A DNA stretch of 64,000 nucleotides from a virus. Both the position numbers and the translations under genes were made by a program. The notes under the pieces are model-generated. The model was given only the letters and a program-made list of their open reading frames with translations. It did no database searches and was not told the DNA's origin. The stretch lies in the IMG/VR virus record IMGVR_UViG_3300025108_000015, positions 32,001-96,000 of that record; one strand, 5' to 3'. Positions 8,770 to 18,676 of the stretch are shown here, piece by piece; within the stretch, counting starts at the first letter, position 1, and the number at the start of each line of letters is the position of its first letter.

Positions 8770-9960
8770 ATGCAGTTTTGGGACACAGAACCAACGAAGC
8801 CGGTGTTTGACTATAATGTTGAGAAAGAAAAGTTCATTGAGAATATGGACTACCTTTCGTCAATGTCAGTAGAAGAGCAGACGCTTTACAAAAAGTGGGA
8901 TGAGTGGAATTCAGACTTACCAACTTCAATGAAACGGAAAGCCGCAATGGCTCAGTATATTGACCAACTATGGTCACCTACTGACATTACGAACAAGGAC
9001 CAAACAATCAAAGAGATTGAGGACCTTGACCCATACGTTGAGATTGTAACTGACTCCAAAGAATCCACTCGTTGGACTGAAATCCGTAAGTTAATCCATA
9101 CAATGTCATTCACTGCTAATCCAGGTCGTAATGTAAAGATGTACATTAAAGACCGAGTAAGTGGTAAGATGTTGGGGTTGGTTTCTTTGGGTTCTGATGT
9201 CACTTCATTGGGAGTTAGGGATAACTATATAGGATGGACTAAGGAGAACAAATTCCAAGATGGTAGATTGAATCACACTACAATAGCAAGTACTATTGTG
9301 TGTACTCAACCATTAGGATATAACTTCTTAGGTGGTAAGTTAGTAGCCTGTATGACTACATCTCCAGTCGTTCGTGAACATTGGAAAGAAAAGTACGGAC
9401 AAGAACTTATTGCAGTAGGTACTACTTCACTATATGGTATCCACTCTCAATATAATGGTATTCCACATTTCAAAACATTGGGTGAGTCAGCTGGTAAAGT
9501 TGCTACCAAGCCAGATGATTCAGTTTATGATGTATGGCATCAATGGTTAAAAGAAAACCAGCCAGATGAGTATGCTAGACACACAACTCAGAAGGATGGG
9601 ATTGCTGGACCTGTATCAGGTGTAAAGCAACGTATCCTATCAATGATATTCAAAGAATTGGGTATTAAACAAAGTCATTATATGCATGGATTCAAACGAG
9701 GTGTATACTTCGCTATGATGTATGATAATGGAAATGAGTTTCTTCGTAATGAGATTGGCGAAAGTGAATTGAAACTAAAGAAGAAGTTTGAGGAAGGTGA
9801 CGATTATACTATGAGGTGGTGGAAGAAGAAGGCTATTAAACGATACTCTAAACTATTTGATGAGGGTCGTATTAAACCAGAACCATTATTTTATCTTGAC
9901 ATCATTGGTATGTCTTGGGAAGAAGCAAAAAAACAATACTTAAAAGAAGTAGGACGATGA
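8770..9960 (+). CDS. DUF4338 (DruA-like, Mom-related GNAT fold) protein
   Basis: IASTIVCTQPLGYNFLGGKLVA, W...YG..L.AVGTTSLYG..SQYN, GES.G pattern. Confidence 0.7.
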   Translation: MQFWDTEPTKPVFDYNVEKEKFIENMDYLSSMSVEEQTLYKKWDEWNSDLPTSMKRKAAMAQYIDQLWSPTDITNKDQTIKEIEDLDPYVEIVTDSKESTRWTEIRKLIHTMSFTANPGRNVKMYIKDRVSGKMLGLVSLGSDVTSLGVRDNYIGWTKENKFQDGRLNHTTIASTIVCTQPLGYNFLGGKLVACMTTSPVVREHWKEKYGQELIAVGTTSLYGIHSQYNGIPHFKTLGESAGKVATKPDDSVYDVWHQWLKENQPDEYARHTTQKDGIAGPVSGVKQRILSMIFKELGIKQSHYMHGFKRGVYFAMMYDNGNEFLRNEIGESELKLKKKFEEGDDYTMRWWKKKAIKRYSKLFDEGRIKPEPLFYLDIIGMSWEEAKKQYLKEVGR

Positions 9961-10877
9961 GTAATTCACTATGGGTTGAGAAGTATCGACCAGACACATT
10001 AGAAGGTTATGTAGGTAACGACCATATCCTTGAGAAGGTAAAGATTTATATCGAGAATGATGACGTACCACACTTACTACTTTATGGAGTAGCAGGTACT
10101 GGTAAAACCACTCTCGCTAAAATCATTACAAACCAAATTGATTGTGATGTTATGTACATTAACGCATCTGATGAAAACTCAGTAGATGCAGTTAGGGATA
10201 AGATTAGAGGGTTCGCATCATCTATGGGATTCCGTAAGTGGAAAGTTGTAATATTAGATGAGTCTGATTACTTAACACCAAACGCACAAGCAGCACTCCG
10301 TAATCTTATGGAGACATTCAGTAAGTCAACACGATTTATCTTAACGTGTAACTATGTGGAGAAGGTAATCGACCCTATCCAATCAAGATGTCAAACATTT
10401 GCTATTGCACCTCCATCAAAGAAGGAAGTAGCTAAACGTTTACACCAAATCTTAAATAAAGAAAGTGTTACGTTTAACAACGAAGACCTTGCCGTGTTGG
10501 TGAATAGTGGATATCCTGATATTCGTAGAGTACTAAACGCAGCACAACGTCAAGTTGTCAAGGGTGAGTTAAAGATTGATACCACATCTACTGTACAAGC
10601 TAATTACACCGATAATGTAATTAAGGTTTTACAAAAAAGTGGTGACATCAAAGAACAATTCACGGAAATCAGACAAATCATCAATGATTCAAAATTAAAG
10701 GATTTTACACCATTGTATCGTTCTCTTTATGACGAGGTAGATAACTACGCAAGTGGTAAAGTGGGTCAGACTATCTTAAACATCGCAGATGGTCAGTACA
10801 AAGACGCAATGGTAGTTGATAAGGAAATCAACGTAATGGCGATGATGTTAAATATATTAATAACAATAGGAAAGTAA
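9957..10877 (+). CDS. Clamp loader AAA+ subunit (RFC small / T4 gp44-like)
   Basis: WVEKYRP, Walker A GVAGTGKTT, NASD, Walker B ILDESD, SRC motif; start at ATG 9957. Confidence 0.93.
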   Translation: MSNSLWVEKYRPDTLEGYVGNDHILEKVKIYIENDDVPHLLLYGVAGTGKTTLAKIITNQIDCDVMYINASDENSVDAVRDKIRGFASSMGFRKWKVVILDESDYLTPNAQAALRNLMETFSKSTRFILTCNYVEKVIDPIQSRCQTFAIAPPSKKEVAKRLHQILNKESVTFNNEDLAVLVNSGYPDIRRVLNAAQRQVVKGELKIDTTSTVQANYTDNVIKVLQKSGDIKEQFTEIRQIINDSKLKDFTPLYRSLYDEVDNYASGKVGQTILNIADGQYKDAMVVDKEINVMAMMLNILITIGK

Positions 10878-10880
10878 ATT

Positions 10881-11051
10881 ATGGCAAATTCAAACGAATT
10901 ATTCGAACAAATGACCGAGCTATTTGCAGACTTCACCGAGTCTCACAATGGAACGACTAAGAAGTCATCTACCCAAGCTAGAAAAGCAATTGGTGAGTTG
11001 AAGAAATTAGTTACTGAGTATCGTAAGGCTTCGGTAGAAGAAAACAAGTAA
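10881..11051 (+). CDS. Histone H1-like (Hc1-type) nucleoid protein, 56 aa; missed by ORF track
   Basis: My translation: MANSNELFEQMTELFADFTESHNGTTKKSSTQARKAIGELKKLVTEYRKASVEENK. It matches the Bacteroidota Hc1-like pattern G.K.A..RARK....L.K...E.RK.S.E. Confidence 0.6.
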   Translation: MANSNELFEQMTELFADFTESHNGTTKKSSTQARKAIGELKKLVTEYRKASVEENK

Positions 11052-11054
11052 GTT

Positions 11055-11345
11055 ATGGCTAAGAAAAAAGGTAAAGTAGTAAGTATGGGTGGTCCATCTA
11101 ATGCACAACCAGCACCGCAAATACAATTAGACCCATTCAAGTTACCAACAGTAACTTGTCCTAATTGTGATGGTATATTTTTTACGGAAGTTTCCATGTA
11201 CAAGGAAGTGCCAGCAGTTCAGTCACCATCAGGTCAAGCATCCATGTTACCTATTCCCGTAGTCATTTGTAATGAATGTGGGACAGTACATCCAAAGTTC
11301 ACTCCAAAAGAGTTTTTTGAAGATGGCGGAAGCAAAGAAAGCTAA
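11055..11345 (+). CDS. Small zinc-ribbon protein
   Basis: CPNC...CNECG. Confidence 0.6.
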   Translation: MAKKKGKVVSMGGPSNAQPAPQIQLDPFKLPTVTCPNCDGIFFTEVSMYKEVPAVQSPSGQASMLPIPVVICNECGTVHPKFTPKEFFEDGGSKES

Positions 11346-11763
11346 GACCTTATTTCAACACCTTTCGGGAATAAAGGAGAAGAAAACATCTTGGGAGTCC
11401 CTTTCAGTTATGGACAAAAAGAGTTTCGAACCATATATGGTAAATAGATTTCTATCTATGAATATGGGTCTTCTTGAGTTGGTCAATGAGTTACAACAAT
11501 ATACCATTGGCCAACTCTCACCGAAAGATGTATACAAGTTATACTTGGATGTCTTACCTAAGAAAAAGTCATTCGACAAGTATATAAAAGCAAAGGGTGG
11601 TGACAAGTATAATGATAAGGTATTGAGTTACTTGACACGATACTTCGAAGTATCAGAACGTGAAGTTAAGGATTATCTTGAAATTTTATCAAAAGATGAA
11701 GTAATTGAGATTATTCAAAAGTTTGGTGTAGATAAAAAAGACATAAAAAAATGGCTGAAATAA
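11323..11763 (+). CDS. Clamp loader accessory subunit (T4 gp62-like)
   Basis: F.PYMVNRFLS...L..VNE motif and position; ATG 11323. Confidence 0.6.
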   Translation: MAEAKKAKTLFQHLSGIKEKKTSWESLSVMDKKSFEPYMVNRFLSMNMGLLELVNELQQYTIGQLSPKDVYKLYLDVLPKKKSFDKYIKAKGGDKYNDKVLSYLTRYFEVSEREVKDYLEILSKDEVIEIIQKFGVDKKDIKKWLK

Positions 11764-12161
11764 TAAAAGAAGCAAAGACTAAAGTTGAGTGGGTTAATGA
11801 AGAAGAAAGACCCATATATGGTGAGATGACCGCAAGAGAATTTTGTGAGGATACTTATCCTGAAATGATGGAAGAGTACAAAAGAATCATGTGGGAACAA
11901 TACGAGACCTTTTGTAAAAAACAACGAAACTACGGACCAGGTAACATCTCGGTTGGAACTCCGTTGGAGACAAAAGATGACGTAAAATTATCACTAACCG
12001 GATTATGGTTTAGAATGAACGATAAGGTTCAGAGACTAAAACAACTCGTAGTATTAGGTCAGCCAGATGAGGTTGGTGAATCACTACAAGATACCTATGC
12101 AGATTTATCAGTATATGGTATCATTGCCCAATTAGTCCAAAACGGAAAATGGGCAAAGTAA
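11751..12161 (+). CDS. DUF1599 / nucleotide-modification-associated all-alpha domain
   Basis: KQRNYG..NI, RMNDKVQRL, ESLQDT..DLSVYGII. Confidence 0.65.
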   Translation: MAEIIKEAKTKVEWVNEEERPIYGEMTAREFCEDTYPEMMEEYKRIMWEQYETFCKKQRNYGPGNISVGTPLETKDDVKLSLTGLWFRMNDKVQRLKQLVVLGQPDEVGESLQDTYADLSVYGIIAQLVQNGKWAK

Positions 12162-12171
12162 TTGTTAAAAC

Positions 12172-12226
12172 TTAACAATTTAATAACATTAAAATTTGGT
12201 GGTTCCGCCATAATTTTGTATATTAG
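12172..12226 (+). promoter_or_regulatory. Promoter with upstream TTAACA/ATAACA direct repeat
   Basis: TTAACA 12172, ATAACA 12183; TTTG(12195)-N20-TATATTAG(12219). Confidence 0.75.
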
Positions 12227-12231
12227 AGTAT

Positions 12232-13167
12232 ATGAAAAAGTCAGAAGTATCAAATGTGTTTAACCTCTCCATACGAGAAGACGTAGGTGGGGTTTCCAAA
12301 GTATCATACTCCCAATATACGATGTGGGCGAACTGCCCTAAACAATGGAAGTTAACCTATATGGATGGTCACAAAGACTTTGACCCATCCATTCACCTTG
12401 TCTTTGGTACTGCCATGCACGAGACTCTTCAAGAGTGGTTACAAATCTTGTATAAGGATGGGCCTACTGAAGCAGATAAACTCGACTTGGGTCAGTTGTT
12501 ATTAACTTCAATGGCTAATGAGTACAAATCAATGTCAGAACGATATGGTTCATTCACAACCAAAGCTGAGATGAACGAGTTCTACGATGATGGTATTCAA
12601 ATCATTGACTACATCAAAAAGAATCGTACTGATTACTTCTCAACTAAGAAGTTAAGCTTGAGGGGTGTAGAGTTACCAATCTTCCACGAGACCTCAAACA
12701 AAAACATTATGATGAAGGGATTCATCGATTTAGTGTTTGAAGACCAAGATGGTATCATAGAGATTTGGGATATCAAGACATCTACAAGAGGATGGAATGA
12801 GTATCAGAAGAAAGATAAAACCAAGACTGCTCAATTAGTTCTATATAAGAAGTTCTTCTCAGAACAATACGGATGGCCTATCGACAAGATTCAAGTCAGA
12901 TACTTTATTGTAAAACGTAAGTTGTGGGAAGAAGCAATGTTTGCTCAGAAGAGAGTTCAAGAGTTTGTACCTGCTCATGGTAGTATTACAATGAGAAACG
13001 TATCAACATCATTCGATGATTTTATATCTAAATCATTCAATGAAGATGGGTCATATAATACTGAAGGTGAGTTTCCTGCTATCGCAGGTAAGAACTCCAA
13101 GAATTGTAAGTATTGTCCTTTCAAGAAAAGTGAGTTGTGTAATCGTAAGGAAAGAATCAAATCCTAA
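12232..13167 (+). CDS. PD-(D/E)XK exonuclease, Cas4/AddB-like, with Fe-S cysteines
   Basis: SYSQ...W..CP, GTAMHE, GFIDL, DIKT, QL.LY, C-terminal CKYCPF...C. Confidence 0.85.
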   Translation: MKKSEVSNVFNLSIREDVGGVSKVSYSQYTMWANCPKQWKLTYMDGHKDFDPSIHLVFGTAMHETLQEWLQILYKDGPTEADKLDLGQLLLTSMANEYKSMSERYGSFTTKAEMNEFYDDGIQIIDYIKKNRTDYFSTKKLSLRGVELPIFHETSNKNIMMKGFIDLVFEDQDGIIEIWDIKTSTRGWNEYQKKDKTKTAQLVLYKKFFSEQYGWPIDKIQVRYFIVKRKLWEEAMFAQKRVQEFVPAHGSITMRNVSTSFDDFISKSFNEDGSYNTEGEFPAIAGKNSKNCKYCPFKKSELCNRKERIKS

Positions 13168-13170
13168 TAT

Positions 13171-13701
13171 ATGAGAAAGTTACTATTAGTACCTGCTATT
13201 TTATTAATTTCAGCTACCTACATGATTAAAAAAAAGGAATCTTTAATTAATATTCCTTTAAAAGAAATTAACCAAATCGAAGTAACACCCCCAAATGTAC
13301 AATTAGCACCCGTTTCGTTAAGAAACCTAAACGATTTAGTAGAAGCAATCATTTGGGTAGAAAGTCGTGGTGACACGTCTGCATATTGTAAAAAAGAAGA
13401 TGCTGTTGGTGTTCTTCAAATTAGACCAATAATGTTAAAAGAAGTTAACCGAATTTTGGATTTAAAAGGTTCAGGTTACATATTTACATTAGAAGACCGA
13501 TGGAGTAGAGATAAATCTATTCAAATGTTTAACATAGTTGCAAATTATTATCACGAAACAAGTTCATATGAAAAAATCGCTAGGTGTTGGAATGGTGGTC
13601 CGAAGGGATTACAAAAAAAACAAACCAAGAAGTATTGGAGGAAGGTTCAAAAAAGACTCAAAAAATATGAGAATAGCACTGCTGGGGAGCCCAACGTATG
13701 A
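13171..13701 (+). CDS. Lysozyme-like / transglycosylase with N-terminal signal
   Basis: AIIWVES catalytic Glu, GVLQIRP, ARCWNGGP; hydrophobic N-terminus. Confidence 0.7.
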   Translation: MRKLLLVPAILLISATYMIKKKESLINIPLKEINQIEVTPPNVQLAPVSLRNLNDLVEAIIWVESRGDTSAYCKKEDAVGVLQIRPIMLKEVNRILDLKGSGYIFTLEDRWSRDKSIQMFNIVANYYHETSSYEKIARCWNGGPKGLQKKQTKKYWRKVQKRLKKYENSTAGEPNV

Positions 13702-14062
13702 GAATAGGGGTGAAGTAAAAGAACTCGTTTGGAATCTAAAACAAAAATTTGGAGAAGAATTAATACTAATAACACGTGGAAATACTGATGGTATAGAAAA
13801 ATGGGTACGTAAGTTCTCATTAGAATTAGGTGTTAAGTATATAGAGTATAATCCAGCACATACTATAATGTCATTATATAGTGGCATGGAATCTGAATAT
13901 TATGGTAAGCCATATCACCCAACTCAGCCTTTACATCAATATGATTGTGTAGTCAGAGGTTCAGATAAGTTATACTTCTTTGGGGAAATTAAAAAAAATG
14001 AATTCAACCATTTTAAACGAGTATTAAGTCGTAATGGTAAAACTGCTAAATTTATACAATGA
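13667..14062 (+). CDS. SLOG-superfamily protein (DUF2493-like)
   Basis: MRIALLGS..Y, ILITRG...GIEK....F....GV.Y.EY.P.H; ATG 13667. Confidence 0.55.
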   Translation: MRIALLGSPTYENRGEVKELVWNLKQKFGEELILITRGNTDGIEKWVRKFSLELGVKYIEYNPAHTIMSLYSGMESEYYGKPYHPTQPLHQYDCVVRGSDKLYFFGEIKKNEFNHFKRVLSRNGKTAKFIQ

Positions 14063-15894
14063 ATATAATAGGAATGCACACCGGCCATGATGCATCATTA
14101 TCGTTAGTACGTAATGGCAAATTAGTATCATCATTAAGCGTTGAAAGATACAGTAGGGTAAAGAAAGATGAAGTATTAAGTAGAGAGTTCTTTAACCACT
14201 TTCTACAAGTAAACGAAATGACTATTGATGATATAGATTGTATCACAATGGCATTTTGGAACTATGATAATTGTAATTGGATAAAACTATACAGCCCAAC
14301 CAATTCCGTTTATCCACTTAATACATTTGGCGCACAACGACAAGACACGAGAATACTCAACCACTTGGATGAGTTTCCATACAAACCAGAATATGTTGAT
14401 GGGCTTGGGATATCTCTGCCGGACTTTATAGACAACATCGACCCTCCATTTGGGCCTGAAGTGATACAACATAGTGAATCATTTCCATTGATAATTGATA
14501 TAGAGGGGTACACCCGACCAATTAATGGTTGCTTTGTAAGACATCATACTGCCCATGCTGCAGCTGCATTTTATACATCACCATTTCCAAGGGCAGCTGT
14601 ATTTACGGCTGACGCTTCGATGCATACTCCAAAAAATTGTAGTACCTCAATGGTTGGTAATGGTAGTATACTACAATCTTTTAAATCTCCTGAATTTATG
14701 TTGGGGAACTTCTATGATGTAGCTACTGAGTTTTGTGGGTTAGGGCCGGGAACATTAAAAGCAGGTACATTAATGGGATTATCTTCATTCGGTAATGTAA
14801 ATGGTAAGACCATGGAGCAGTGGGAAAAATGGTGTCTCCCATTTAATCAAATTAGTACTGAATATCACCGATATAGTGATTGGTTATTTTCAGAAATCAG
14901 TGGTAGATACCCATTCATAAGTACAGCACGTAAAGAGTACGTAAATAAAGAACCAGGTTATCAGTTTATAAATAGAATATACCAAACAGTGTATTCAAAA
15001 GAAGAATCAGATTCTCAAGAAGTCATGGATATTGCTGCAAGTATTCAATATTTATTAGAACGTGCTCTTATTAAGTATATCAATGAATTGTATGAAGATA
15101 CTAAAAATTTCAACGATGGTAATTTGTGTTTAGCCGGTGGTACATTTTTAAATTGTAACGCAAATTATAAGATATTAAAAGAAACAAAATTTAAGAATAT
15201 ACACTTTTTCCCAGCGTGTGGTGATGATGGAATACCAGCTGGTTCGGCATTGTTTTACTATCACTTTAATTTAGGTGGTAAACGTGTTAACTACACTACA
15301 AATGAACTTGCTTATTTAGGTGTTACATATGACCACCAACCTGAAACTGACACAAATGCAGTTCCATTAGATTTGGATGTAGTTGCTCAAAATATTGCTG
15401 ATGGTAAAATTGTGTGTTGGTATCAAGGTCACTCTGAAGTAGGTCCACGTGCATTGGGTAATCGTTCTTTTATAAGTGACCCTCGTAATAAAGAGATGAA
15501 GGATATTCTAAACTCAAGAGTTAAATTCAGAGAATGGTTTAGACCATTTGCGCCAGTAGTGTTAACCGAAGATAAGGAGGAGTGGTTCAATATGGATTTT
15601 GAGTCACCATTTATGTTACATACTGTACCATGTAGAAAGCCACAAGAAATACCATCAGCAGTTCATATAGACAATACATCACGTGTTCAGACTTTAACAA
15701 GAGACCATAACCCTATATTTTACGATTTGATTTCTAAATTTAAGGACATAACTGGTGTGCCAGTTGTACTAAATACTTCACTGAATGTAAAAGGTGAACC
15801 TATTGTGGAAACGCCCGAAGATGCAATGAAATTATTTGATGAGTCTGATGTTGATATATTAGTAATCAACGATATGATGTATTTTAAAAATTAG
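14059..15894 (+). CDS. Carbamoyltransferase, NodU/CmcH/TobZ family
   Basis: HDAS...ERYSR.K, HHTAHAAAAF, GTLMGL, LAGG..LNC, DDG...G, GPRALGNRS, VK.RE.FRPFAP, H.D.TSR.QT, LNTSLN. Confidence 0.92.
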   Translation: MNIIGMHTGHDASLSLVRNGKLVSSLSVERYSRVKKDEVLSREFFNHFLQVNEMTIDDIDCITMAFWNYDNCNWIKLYSPTNSVYPLNTFGAQRQDTRILNHLDEFPYKPEYVDGLGISLPDFIDNIDPPFGPEVIQHSESFPLIIDIEGYTRPINGCFVRHHTAHAAAAFYTSPFPRAAVFTADASMHTPKNCSTSMVGNGSILQSFKSPEFMLGNFYDVATEFCGLGPGTLKAGTLMGLSSFGNVNGKTMEQWEKWCLPFNQISTEYHRYSDWLFSEISGRYPFISTARKEYVNKEPGYQFINRIYQTVYSKEESDSQEVMDIAASIQYLLERALIKYINELYEDTKNFNDGNLCLAGGTFLNCNANYKILKETKFKNIHFFPACGDDGIPAGSALFYYHFNLGGKRVNYTTNELAYLGVTYDHQPETDTNAVPLDLDVVAQNIADGKIVCWYQGHSEVGPRALGNRSFISDPRNKEMKDILNSRVKFREWFRPFAPVVLTEDKEEWFNMDFESPFMLHTVPCRKPQEIPSAVHIDNTSRVQTLTRDHNPIFYDLISKFKDITGVPVVLNTSLNVKGEPIVETPEDAMKLFDESDVDILVINDMMYFKN

Positions 15895-15922
15895 GATTTA
15901 ATAAATATATTTTGTATATTTA
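15891..15922 (+). promoter_or_regulatory. Variant promoter ahead of the glycan island (overlaps an ATATTTATA motif)
   Basis: TTAG(15891)-N20-TATATTTA(15915). Confidence 0.5.
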
Positions 15923-15950
15923 TAACTAAATAAAAAGGAAATAGTTACGA

Positions 15951-17360
15951 ATGGAATTACCAAAACTACGAAAAGTAGACCCAACTAAACCGAAGAAGAA
16001 AAAGATTCTACTTCTATCGGATGACCTCAGATTACATAGTGGTATTGCCACACAATCAAAGGAGATTGTTTTTTCAACAATTCATAAGTATGATTGGGTT
16101 CAACTTGGAGCCGCACTAAAACATCCTGAAGAGGGTAAGATGTTTGATGTTTCAGCTGATACACAAAAGGAAACTGGTGTAGAAGATGCATCACTCAAAA
16201 TATACGCAAGTAGCGGATATGGGAATCCTGAAATACTAAGGCAACTTATTAACATTGAGAAGCCTGATGCAATCTTACACTTCACTGACCCACGTTTTTG
16301 GAAGTGGTTGTACGATATGGAGCATGAAGTAAGAGAGTTCGTTCCTATTATGTATTACAATATTTGGGACTCATTACCAGACCCAATGTGGAATGCACCA
16401 TTTTATGCATCGTGTGATATGCTGATGTCAATCTCAAAACAAACATATGGTATCAACAAGAGAACTCTTGAGAAATATGGTATGGCGAAGGAAGATTGGG
16501 CATACAAATATATCCCACATGGAGTATCCAAACACTTCAAACCATTACCATCGGATGACGCAAAGTTAGTGGAGTTCAAAAACAGATTTGGATTAAACGA
16601 ATACGACTTTGTAGTTCTATGGAACAATAGAAATATTCGTAGAAAAGTACCAGGTGATGTAGTTCTTGCATTCAATGAGTTTGCAAAACAACATGAGGAT
16701 AAGAAGGTATGTTTATTCTTCCATACTCAACGAAGTGATGACAATGGAACTGACTTGAATGAGGTAATCAAACACAATGGTCACTATGGTGATTACAAGT
16801 TTACTGATGCTAAATTCACTACCGAAGATTTAAACCTATATTACAATTCAGGTGATATCATTCTAAACATCGCTTCTAATGAAGGTTTCGGACTCGCCTC
16901 TTGTGAAGCATTGAGAGCTGGTACACCAATTATAGTCAACGTAACAGGTGGTCTTCAAGACCAATGTGGTTTTGATTTGGAAGGTGAAACTCTAACTGCT
17001 GAAGATTATGTTGAGATTGGGTCACTACATGATAGAAGAAAATGGTCTAAGTATGAATTATTAGGACGTGGTAGTTGGGTTTATCCTGTATGGCCATCTA
17101 ATAGGTCACTACAAGGTTCACCACAAACACCATATATATTCGATGATAGATGTGACTTTATGGATGTAGCTGAGAAGTTAGGAAACGCTCTTGAAGATGG
17201 TAGAGACCACTTAGAATACGTGGGACATATTGGACATGAGTGGGTTCAAGGTGAGAGTGGGATGGCATCCGAAAATATGGGTGGTAAGTTTATTGACGCA
17301 ATTGATGGTTGTCTTGAAAATTGGACACCTCGTAAAAGATTTGAGATTTATTCAGTATGA
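15951..17360 (+). CDS. GT4-family glycosyltransferase
   Basis: NRNIRRK, NEGFGLASCEAL..GTP...TGGL.DQ. Confidence 0.85.
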   Translation: MELPKLRKVDPTKPKKKKILLLSDDLRLHSGIATQSKEIVFSTIHKYDWVQLGAALKHPEEGKMFDVSADTQKETGVEDASLKIYASSGYGNPEILRQLINIEKPDAILHFTDPRFWKWLYDMEHEVREFVPIMYYNIWDSLPDPMWNAPFYASCDMLMSISKQTYGINKRTLEKYGMAKEDWAYKYIPHGVSKHFKPLPSDDAKLVEFKNRFGLNEYDFVVLWNNRNIRRKVPGDVVLAFNEFAKQHEDKKVCLFFHTQRSDDNGTDLNEVIKHNGHYGDYKFTDAKFTTEDLNLYYNSGDIILNIASNEGFGLASCEALRAGTPIIVNVTGGLQDQCGFDLEGETLTAEDYVEIGSLHDRRKWSKYELLGRGSWVYPVWPSNRSLQGSPQTPYIFDDRCDFMDVAEKLGNALEDGRDHLEYVGHIGHEWVQGESGMASENMGGKFIDAIDGCLENWTPRKRFEIYSV

Positions 17361-18676
17361 AAAAGTTATGTGTAGTTAGTTGCCCTATTGCAACGAGAAG
17401 TGGGTATGGTGCTCGTTCGAGGGATTTAGTCCGTTCGTTAATTCAAACCAAAGGTGAAGAGTGGGATATAAAAATCTTACCACAACGATGGGGTAATACA
17501 CCTCAAAATGCACTCACAACGGAAGATGTAGACTTAACATCAAGGCTCATTAGTGGTAATATAAATCAGAAGCCAGACGTGTGGATGCAGATTACAATTC
17601 CAAGTGAGTTCCAACCCGTTGGTCACTTTAACATTGGGGTATCGGCTGTTATTGAAACTACCGATGCATCTGCTGAATTTATTGATGGGTGTAATCGTAT
17701 GGACCTTACATTGGTTTCATCAGAACACTCTAAGAAAACACTCGAAGTGGTTTATGATAAAATAAATGAAAAAACCAAAGAAAAGGTAGGTCAAACATCT
17801 CTAACAAAGCCGGTTGAAGTTTTATTCGAAGGATTTGACCCTAAGATTTACGATAATAAATCTGAAGTTCATCAATCTGTTAATGATGTACTAAGTAATG
17901 TGAAAGAATCTTTTACATATCTATTTGTTGGTCATTGGTTACAAGGTAACATAGGTCATGATAGAAAAAACGTAAGTGGTTTGATTCACACATTCCTAAA
18001 TACGTTTAAAAACAAAAAGAATCCACCTGCACTTATTCTAAAGACATCTATCACGGCACCTGGCATCACAAATGTACATGAGTTGAGAAAGAGAATCGAA
18101 ATGATTAAAGGTATGATTGATTCAAAGATACTACCAAACATCTATATTCTCGATGGTGACCTTTCAGATGAGGAGATGAATTCACTGTATAATCACCCAA
18201 AGGTAAAAGCACACGTATCATTTACACGTGGTGAGGGTTTTGGTAGACCTTTATTGGAAGCTTGTGTTAGTGGTAAACCAATCATTACATCAAATTGGAG
18301 TGGTCATGTAGACTTCCTTCACTCAGATTACAACTTCTTAGTAGGTGGTGAACTTCAGAATGTAGACAAATCGGCTGCAAACAATTGGATTAGGAAAGAG
18401 TCCAAGTGGTTTACAATTAATTATAATGACGCAGCTCATACTTTAAAAACAATCTACGATAATTATAAGAAAGCAGTTGAGAAGTCTCGTAAGAATCGTA
18501 AGTATGTAAAAGACAACTTTACACTTGATAATATGTCAAGTAAATTGTCCGAAATACTTGACATTTACAAAGTAGGTGATGGTCCACAACAAGTTGGATT
18601 AACGTTACCAACTTTGAAAAAGAAAGACACGCCAACTGAATTAAAATTACCAAAACTAAAGAAAGTAGGTGAGTAA
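17357..18676 (+). CDS. GT4-family glycosyltransferase
   Basis: SGYGARSRD, DRKN, RGEGFGRPLLEA..SGKPII..NWSG..DF. Confidence 0.8.
   Translation: MKKLCVVSCPIATRSGYGARSRDLVRSLIQTKGEEWDIKILPQRWGNTPQNALTTEDVDLTSRLISGNINQKPDVWMQITIPSEFQPVGHFNIGVSAVIETTDASAEFIDGCNRMDLTLVSSEHSKKTLEVVYDKINEKTKEKVGQTSLTKPVEVLFEGFDPKIYDNKSEVHQSVNDVLSNVKESFTYLFVGHWLQGNIGHDRKNVSGLIHTFLNTFKNKKNPPALILKTSITAPGITNVHELRKRIEMIKGMIDSKILPNIYILDGDLSDEEMNSLYNHPKVKAHVSFTRGEGFGRPLLEACVSGKPIITSNWSGHVDFLHSDYNFLVGGELQNVDKSAANNWIRKESKWFTINYNDAAHTLKTIYDNYKKAVEKSRKNRKYVKDNFTLDNMSSKLSEILDIYKVGDGPQQVGLTLPTLKKKDTPTELKLPKLKKVGE

Noticed and set aside
8770-9960. Druantia anti-phage system
   Set aside because: Only the DUF4338 gene is present; no DruE-like helicase or other partners.
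12232-13167. Cas4-like gene as part of a CRISPR-Cas system
   Set aside because: No cas1/cas2 or array; solo Cas4/AddB-like exonucleases are routine in phage replication modules.
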